DNA of 64,000 nucleotides from Candidatus Micrarchaeota archaeon (GTDB lineage Archaea; Micrarchaeota; Micrarchaeia; Anstonellales; Bilamarchaeaceae), in assembly GCA_016212505.1 (NCBI GenBank), contig JACRGB010000028.1:9537-73536 (forward strand). The letters run 5' to 3'. Every line of letters starts with the position of its first letter. The first letter of the stretch is position 1. The notes beneath the pieces are model-generated. The model did no database searches. It saw nothing but the letters and a program-made list of their open reading frames with translations, and was not told the DNA's origin. Below, piece by piece: positions 58,091 through 64,000 of this stretch. The translations under genes and the position numbers were made by a program.

Positions 58091-58588
58091 ATGTTTATTA
58101 TGGACGCGATAACACTCCTTATCCAGTCGGTAAGCTTGCCCTATTTAAACCAGATAAATATGCTCCTGGACCTTGATTACATTTATGTACTGCTGGTACT
58201 GGGCCTGATCGCTCTAGGGGAACGAAGAAATGATAAACGTGCCAAGATCCTAACCTCTATAGTCCTTGCCATCATAGTGGGATTTGCCATAAAGCACATA
58301 ATTGCCGAGCCGCGGCCCTGCATTGGAAAGGAGTTTTGCCCAAAGGACTATTCGTTTCCGAGCCTTCATGCCACCATTGCATTTGCCCTTATGACGGGAT
58401 TTTTGAATAAGAAAAATTATGCCTGGTATTTGTTATTTGCCATATTTGTGGGCTTTAGCAGGATAAATTTCGGGGTCCATACGTTTATTGATGTTGCAGG
58501 GGCACTTCCGATTGCACTGATCTCCTACTACGTAGTGGATATTTTATGGTCGAAATTCATAAAAGAGGGGAAAGGGGACCGAAGGTAA
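58091..58588 (+). CDS. PAP2-family (polyprenyl-)phosphate phosphatase
   Basis: 165-aa ORF with KHIIAEPRP, SFPSLHA and SRINFGVHTFIDV, the three PAP2 motifs. Confidence 0.8.
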   Translation: MFIMDAITLLIQSVSLPYLNQINMLLDLDYIYVLLVLGLIALGERRNDKRAKILTSIVLAIIVGFAIKHIIAEPRPCIGKEFCPKDYSFPSLHATIAFALMTGFLNKKNYAWYLLFAIFVGFSRINFGVHTFIDVAGALPIALISYYVVDILWSKFIKEGKGDRR

Positions 58589-58597
58589 AAGAGACAG

Positions 58598-59170
58598 ATG
58601 GTAAAGGAGATAGGCATGGAAAAAGAAACTGAAAGGCAGTTATTTCACATTGGAGTTGGGCTCTTAGCGCTGCTGCTACTCCTTAGCCATGGGAGGACTT
58701 TTATGATAGCTGCGGTCTTTTTCATAATAATTTTTGGCACAATTTTCATTAACCTAAAATTACTTGGAAAAAAAGTGCCCATAATCGACTGGTTCGAGGA
58801 AAAGTTCGAACGGGAACATATCAGGCTGCCGGGATGGGGCTCAGCCTGCTACGCGATGGGCGTCCTTATCCCGTTGGTTTTCCTTAATGACATAAGTAAA
58901 ATCAGTGCGGTGATAATGATCCTGGCCGTTGGAGATGGATTATCCACTCTTGTGGGTAAGAGGGGCAAGATGAAAATCCCTTACAACCAGAATAAAACAA
59001 TCGAAGGCTCGCTCGCCATGTTCGCCTGTTCCTTAGTATCATATTATTTCGTAGGATGGCTCGCAATACCGCTTAGCATACTTGCAGCAATTGTCGAAAG
59101 TATGCCGCTTGTTGATGATAATTTATCAATACCGATTGCATGCACCATTGCATTAATGCTGATTAGGTGA
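58598..59170 (+). CDS. CTP-dependent polyprenol (dolichol) kinase-like membrane protein
   Basis: 190-aa polytopic ORF with VGDGLSTLVGKRGK, KTIEGS and DDNLSIP motifs of the dolichol/phytol kinase-CdsA superfamily. Confidence 0.55.
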   Translation: MVKEIGMEKETERQLFHIGVGLLALLLLLSHGRTFMIAAVFFIIIFGTIFINLKLLGKKVPIIDWFEEKFEREHIRLPGWGSACYAMGVLIPLVFLNDISKISAVIMILAVGDGLSTLVGKRGKMKIPYNQNKTIEGSLAMFACSLVSYYFVGWLAIPLSILAAIVESMPLVDDNLSIPIACTIALMLIR

Positions 59171-59174
59171 TCGC

Positions 59175-59969
59175 ATGATAATTTTGTTCGTTCCAAAAAA
59201 TATCGCCAGTGCCAATATTGCAAAAAATTTGATTGAAAAGTTTGGTTTTGTTAAGCAGGCAGGAAATGAGTGGCAAAAAGGCGAATCGCACCTTATCCAG
59301 ATTGAGAGTGAAAGCGTGCTCGATGTTCCCTGTGATTTTGATGATACGATAATCGTGTTAAGCACCCATAAAAGCAAAATACCTGGAAAAATGCTCACCT
59401 GCCATTATCCTGGAAACTGGGGCAATGCAGAAATGAAAGGCGAACCCAAAACACTAAATACCGCACCCGCAACTTTGTTGAAAATAATAGCGCGGAATAT
59501 GAAAAAGGAGAGCGAGAAAATCGGTTGGCCATTCTCACTTGAGGCAGACCATCACGGGCCAACTGGAAAAAGCCCGATAATTTATGTAGAAATTGGGGCC
59601 GAAGAAGCTGAATGGTCTGATGAATTGGCCGGGAAAGCAGTTGCAAATGCAGTGGTGGAGAGCATCAGTGAGTACGATAGAAAAAGCAAAACGCTAAGCT
59701 CAACACTGGAAACAGTTTTTTGTGTTGGTGGGGGGCATTATCCTGCAGCATTCACAAAACTCATCCTGGAAAGCGACCTTGCCATTGGCCATATTGCACC
59801 AAAATACGTGATTGATGAGATGGATGAAGAAATGTTCAGGCAGGGAATAGGAAAAAATGTTGAAAAAGTTTCGAAAGTGTTGATAGATAAAGAAGGGACA
59901 AATAGCAAACAAAAGAAGAAGATCGAGGAATTTGCAAATAAATTTGGTGTTGTTTTTGAATATGTTTGA
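59175..59969 (+). CDS. dtdA: D-aminoacyl-tRNA deacylase, archaeal DTD2 type
   Basis: 264-aa ORF with HYPGNWG, EADHHGPT, YVEIGAEEAEW, GGGHY and AIGHIAPKY, collinear with archaeal DtdA. Confidence 0.85.
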   Translation: MIILFVPKNIASANIAKNLIEKFGFVKQAGNEWQKGESHLIQIESESVLDVPCDFDDTIIVLSTHKSKIPGKMLTCHYPGNWGNAEMKGEPKTLNTAPATLLKIIARNMKKESEKIGWPFSLEADHHGPTGKSPIIYVEIGAEEAEWSDELAGKAVANAVVESISEYDRKSKTLSSTLETVFCVGGGHYPAAFTKLILESDLAIGHIAPKYVIDEMDEEMFRQGIGKNVEKVSKVLIDKEGTNSKQKKKIEEFANKFGVVFEYV

Positions 59970-59995
59970 TTTTTTCTTTATGCTGATTCTAGATA

Positions 59996-61852
59996 CTAAA
60001 AATCTGCCCGTTTATAGGAATCACTAGGAAGTTCATCCAAAAATCTTGACGGGAACTGCTCTTCCATGCCATAAAACCTTCCGCTTTGCCGACAAAAGCT
60101 CATGAATAATTCCTCTTTGGCACGCGAGATAGCAACATAAAAGAGCCTCCGCTCCTCTTCCACATCCTGCGAGCGGCTAGATGGAAGTGCACCTTCGGAT
60201 AAGCCAATTACAAAAACAACATCCCATTCCAATCCTTTTGCCTGGTGGATCGTAGATAGGATAACATCGCAGTTCTTGTGCTTTGGATGCTCAGTCGAAA
60301 GGGCAAATGAAGAGAGGAATTCAGTTGTTGATTCGAATCTTGTTGCGGCACTTATAAGGGCATCAACATCAGGTTTTCGATCGGTCGAATCATCGAATGT
60401 CTCTTCCAAATAAGTGCTATAGAAGCCGGAGTAAAAATCATCGATCATCCTTGCGGCATTGGCCGGGGTAGCTTCTTGGCTGGCAAAAAGTTTTTCGACC
60501 AAACCGGATGCAAGGCCTTTTTTATCAAGCTTCCTTATTGCGCTTATTATATCGGCTCTTGATGAAATTGAGTCGATCATATCCATTACCCGCTTCTCGC
60601 CAATTCCGGGAAATAGGGTAAATAACCTAAGCAAGGCGCTGCTGTCCCGGGGATTTTCATAGGCACGAACCAGTGAAAGCAGGTCCTTTATATGGGCCTG
60701 CTCAAAAAATTTCACCCCGCCGCGCAGATCATAATCAATTCCCCGTTTTGATAATTCGACTTCGAGTTCAGAGCAGAGGTAAACTGAGCGGAAAAGGATC
60801 CCTATTTTCTTGCCCGTTTTGAGCCGCGTCTCGACTAGTTCTAGGATGCGCATAGTTTCCTCATGGGGGTCATTGCTTTCCAAAATGACCGGATGAAGGC
60901 CAGGCGCCTTAGTAGCCAGCAGTTTCTTATCAATTTTTTGCTGGCTGTTTTTTATACAGTAGTTTATCACATCCACAATCAGGGAATGGCTCCGGTAGTT
61001 ATTGGAAAGGAAGAAAACCTTGGCCCGGTATTTATCCTTAAAATTAAGCATGTTGGAAATTTCAGCACCGCGAAAGGAATATATGCTCTGGGCATCATCC
61101 CCAACAACCATAAGGTTATCACCCTTGCCATGGAGAAGGGAGATCGTATCCTCCTGGACCCGGTCGCTATCCTGAAATTCATCTACAAGTAGGTGGCGAT
61201 AATAATTCTGGTAGTGTTCCCTCACCAGCTTGTTGTCCCGCAGGATGATGTGGCAAAAATAAAGCAGATCATCAAAATCCACTGCACCATTTTCCCGTTT
61301 TATTTTCCCATACAGGCTGCTAATTTCCTCGATCTGCACAAGATGGCGCTCCAGATAGGAAAGTTCGCGGTCTGAACGTATGACATCCGAAAGGGAGCAC
61401 ATTTTTATTTTTGATAATGAAATTATCCTTGATATTGGTGATGCTTGGGATTTTTTTGCCTTCTCATCAAATTTCCTTAAAATACGCAGTAGCAAGGACA
61501 AGGAATCCTGCTCATCCAAGATCGTAAAATTATTTTCTATCCCAACAGTTCTTCCGTGCCTTCTTAGGATCATGTTTGCAAAATGATGAAACGTGCCTGC
61601 AGTAATTTTTCTTGCATCCGGGCCAATAAGGTGCTCTGCGCGGTTTATCATTTCCTTTGCAGCCTTATTTGTAAACGTAAGGAGCAGGATGTTCTCGGGC
61701 TTTTGCCCGCTTTCCATAATATGGCACAGGCGATAGATGAGAACCCTGGTTTTTCCAGAACCTGGCCCGGCTACAACTAGGCTAACCCCATCCCCGTTCT
61801 GGACAACGGCTCTCTGCTCGCTATTGAGCTCTTTTTCATAGTCTACGGCCAT
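59996..61852 (-). CDS. UvrD/PcrA/Rep-family ATP-dependent DNA helicase
   Basis: 618-aa ORF with VVAGPGSGKTRVL (motif I), LLVDEFQDS (II), SFRGA, NYRS and VAISRAKE (VI). Confidence 0.9.
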   Translation of the reverse strand: MAVDYEKELNSEQRAVVQNGDGVSLVVAGPGSGKTRVLIYRLCHIMESGQKPENILLLTFTNKAAKEMINRAEHLIGPDARKITAGTFHHFANMILRRHGRTVGIENNFTILDEQDSLSLLLRILRKFDEKAKKSQASPISRIISLSKIKMCSLSDVIRSDRELSYLERHLVQIEEISSLYGKIKRENGAVDFDDLLYFCHIILRDNKLVREHYQNYYRHLLVDEFQDSDRVQEDTISLLHGKGDNLMVVGDDAQSIYSFRGAEISNMLNFKDKYRAKVFFLSNNYRSHSLIVDVINYCIKNSQQKIDKKLLATKAPGLHPVILESNDPHEETMRILELVETRLKTGKKIGILFRSVYLCSELEVELSKRGIDYDLRGGVKFFEQAHIKDLLSLVRAYENPRDSSALLRLFTLFPGIGEKRVMDMIDSISSRADIISAIRKLDKKGLASGLVEKLFASQEATPANAARMIDDFYSGFYSTYLEETFDDSTDRKPDVDALISAATRFESTTEFLSSFALSTEHPKHKNCDVILSTIHQAKGLEWDVVFVIGLSEGALPSSRSQDVEEERRLFYVAISRAKEELFMSFCRQSGRFYGMEEQFPSRFLDELPSDSYKRADF

Positions 61853-61876
61853 TAGCTCATCTTCTAGTTCATTGGC

Positions 61877-62698
61877 TTATTTCTTACTCATTTCTTGAGC
61901 GGATTTTACAAGCCTGGAACTTCGTTCCAGATTGATGGAATTTCTAATTCCATCAATTAGGTCAACCAGATTATCCCGAATTTTAAATAGCACTGGGTTT
62001 TTTAGAAAAGCGATTTCTGCATTTTCATTTATTTGCGCGGTTTCCTTGGATAAAGGGATTGAGCCAAGATAAGGGATGTCGAATGAATTGGCAATATTTT
62101 CTGCATTGCTACCGAAAATTTCACCAGACATATTTTCCAACAAACCCAAAATCAGCACATTGAGTTTTTTCGCCATATTTAACGCGCGGGTTGTGTCCAA
62201 AATCGCTTCTTTAGTTGGGGTTGTGACTAAGAGCAATGTGTCCAGGGCAGCTAGTTGCATTGCTGAAAGCGGGACATCAGCAGTTCCCGGAGGAAGGTCG
62301 ATAACCAGGTAGTCCAGATCGCCCCAATTAACAGATTGCAAAAAATCAAGAAGCATCCGGTGCTTTATCGGGCCCCGGATAATTATGGGGTCTTCCTTTC
62401 CTGGGTTAAATAGTGCGGTTGAAACGATTTTTACTCCGTTATGGACTACTGGTTCTAGCTTTGCACTTCCACCCTGCTCACGAACCAACATTGAATTTAC
62501 CGACAAGAATTTAGGAACATTTGGGCAATCGATATCAGCATCTACCAGTCCAACTTTGTAGCCTTTTGCAGCCAATGAATATGCAACATTGACAGCGACA
62601 AAAGTTTTCCCCACCCCGCCCTTGCCACTATGCACTCCGATCTTGAACATTTTTAGTTTGCTAAGTGAATTTTTTTGATCTAGAAAAGGATTTTCCAT
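61877..62698 (-). CDS. Mrp/NBP35-family P-loop ATPase (Fe-S cluster carrier-like)
   Basis: 273-aa ORF with the deviant Walker A SGKGGVGKT, DADIDCPN and DLPPGT. Confidence 0.85.
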   Translation of the reverse strand: MENPFLDQKNSLSKLKMFKIGVHSGKGGVGKTFVAVNVAYSLAAKGYKVGLVDADIDCPNVPKFLSVNSMLVREQGGSAKLEPVVHNGVKIVSTALFNPGKEDPIIIRGPIKHRMLLDFLQSVNWGDLDYLVIDLPPGTADVPLSAMQLAALDTLLLVTTPTKEAILDTTRALNMAKKLNVLILGLLENMSGEIFGSNAENIANSFDIPYLGSIPLSKETAQINENAEIAFLKNPVLFKIRDNLVDLIDGIRNSINLERSSRLVKSAQEMSKK

Positions 62699-62728
62699 GG
62701 ATAATATTTTGGTAGTTTAGGTTTTAAA

Positions 62729-63508
62729 TTACCTGATAAGACGGTTAAGTAAATAAGAAAACCCAAAAGCAAGGGCAAAGGAAACTATTGTCCCAAGATA
62801 TATGCCTAGTGGAGGATAAAAGAAATTAACTGCCAGGGCGTAAAACACGATTACCAAGGAAAATGGCAGCATCTTTGTGGCAACTGAAAGCACAAATTCT
62901 TTTTTGTAGCTATTTGCAAAAATCCCGTAGGATGAGATGGTTGTTGCCGGGAACATCGTAAATAATCCTCCTAGTTCCGGGCCGGAAATTTTTGAGAGAA
63001 AAACTGCGGTGCTTATCACCAGGCCCCCAAAGAGGGAGCGGACCAGAAAAATCTGGATGCCGGTAACTGGTTTTTCTATTTTACTATCATATTTTTTCCC
63101 ATTTAGGAAAAAGTTCGCAATGGCATAAATCGTGAGGAAGCTCACGGTGGCAAGCACGAGATCAGGTGCAGGGAGTTTTAGCACTGTAAATGCCAGGGCA
63201 AACCAGAAGGGTATTACTAAGGCCAGTGCGATTTTTCCTAATCGCTCTGCTGCAAGGATGAAAAATGATAAGAAAACCAGGTAGATGCTCATGCCGACTA
63301 TGGAGAAGGGGGTAACTCCGGTAACAAAATCTGGCGAATTGCTAAGGCCTATAAAGAAAAGCGCGACTAAGCTGGTTGTTGGCAGGGATAAAATGACCGC
63401 GCCAAGTTTTGGCCCAAATTTTTCGGCCATAAAAATCGCGAGCGAAACTGCAGTCCCACCCACGATAAAAGATAGTGCTAACTGTAATAGGAAAATATCA
63501 GAAACCAC
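62729..63508 (-). CDS. hypothetical polytopic membrane protein
   Basis: 259-aa ORF with about 8 TM helices. No motif recognised. Confidence 0.5.
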   Translation of the reverse strand: MVSDIFLLQLALSFIVGGTAVSLAIFMAEKFGPKLGAVILSLPTTSLVALFFIGLSNSPDFVTGVTPFSIVGMSIYLVFLSFFILAAERLGKIALALVIPFWFALAFTVLKLPAPDLVLATVSFLTIYAIANFFLNGKKYDSKIEKPVTGIQIFLVRSLFGGLVISTAVFLSKISGPELGGLFTMFPATTISSYGIFANSYKKEFVLSVATKMLPFSLVIVFYALAVNFFYPPLGIYLGTIVSFALAFGFSYLLNRLIR

Positions 63509-63672
63509 ATTTGAAGTTAAGTTCGCGCTGGATTTTTAATTCCGTATGCTAAAAAGGTATCTATGGAAAAAGCCAATGAATACGACCTGCCTTTTATGGG
63601 CATAACTACGGAGATCGAAGGCATCATAGTTGCACGCGGCACCCTAAATGCTGAATCCGAGGACTGAGAATC

Positions 63673-63864
63673 GTGGAAAGACCAAAACCTGTTTCTGTTG
63701 GCCAAATCCTCCAGCTGGAAATCGAAAACCAGAACGGACATGGCGAAGGCATCGCCCATTATGAGGATCTTGTTATTTTTGTTAATGGCACAAAAAAAGG
63801 GGAAAAGTGCAAGGTAAAAATTAGCGAGATAAAAAGGACGTACGCGGTTGCGGAGAAAGTTTAA
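63673..63864 (+). CDS. small TRAM-domain protein
   Basis: 63-aa ORF with a GTG start. GQILQLEIENQNGHGEGIAHYEDLVIFVNGTKKGEKCKVKI matches stand-alone archaeal TRAM proteins. Confidence 0.75.
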   Translation: MERPKPVSVGQILQLEIENQNGHGEGIAHYEDLVIFVNGTKKGEKCKVKISEIKRTYAVAEKV

Positions 63865-64000
63865 GTTTTTCAAATATTTTTCGGCTATTTTGAAGCAAAG
63901 AAACTTATTTAAGCACATAATAACACTAATTATAAGATGGCAGCACGAAGAATTCGAATCCCGGCAACGGAAGACCATTACAGTTCCAAAGAAAATCGAA

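Noticed and set aside
63563-63667. 34-codon ORF (MEKANEYDLPFMGITTEIEGIIVARGTLNAESED) just upstream of the TRAM gene.
   Set aside because: It is below any reliable coding threshold, has no motif, and could simply be the leader of the TRAM transcript.
63940-63980. tRNA-like fragment: TTCGAATCC T-loop-like sequence followed by ...ACCA near the window end.
   Set aside because: The bases flanking the putative T-loop (aagaa / cccgg) are not complementary. No acceptor stem can be built on either strand, and the window ends at 64000. Not callable as a tRNA, though it could be part of a split or degenerate tRNA.

Overview
Low-GC archaeal contig. Archaeal markers are the proteasome alpha subunit, archaeal-type UMP kinase, DtdA-type D-aminoacyl-tRNA deacylase, a small TRAM protein, and an archaeal type IV pilus/archaellum-like ATPase with its platform protein. 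A DPANN-like uncultivated lineage is my inference only. All calls come from reading the ORF translations and the DNA; no database search was run. Layout: (1) 0-9 kb is housekeeping and membrane quality control: ACT protein, translin, two SPFH proteins, pyrH, psmA, HtpX, LemA. (2) About 9-48 kb is a large cell-surface glycosylation island. It holds a complete pseudaminic-acid pathway (pseB/C/H/G/I plus a cytidylyltransferase), a nine-gene ACP-dependent tailoring operon, a GDP-heptose pathway with a fused GmhB-HddC, several SDR/nucleotidyltransferase sets, GT2/GT4/GT-C-like transferases, a flippase and an A24 prepilin peptidase. (3) 49-55 kb is a SAM-cycle neighbourhood: ahcY, DUF62 SAM hydrolase, PfkB kinase, metK. 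(4) 55-64 kb holds the pilus ATPase and platform, PAP2, a dolichol-kinase-like protein, dtdA, UvrD helicase, Mrp and TRAM. No rRNA, intact tRNA, CRISPR array or transposase was found. The most interesting signals are three. First, a bacterial-type metK is split inside its invariant GHPDK/CDQISD motif by a 31-nt stop-containing insert that folds into a near-canonical bulge-helix-bulge splicing motif. Second, a DUF4258/DUF2283 toxin-antitoxin cassette sits in the 3' end of the translin gene, flanked by two copies of the last 20 codons that differ only at synonymous sites. Third, a 164-bp array of five different perfect hairpins lies in a divergent intergenic region.
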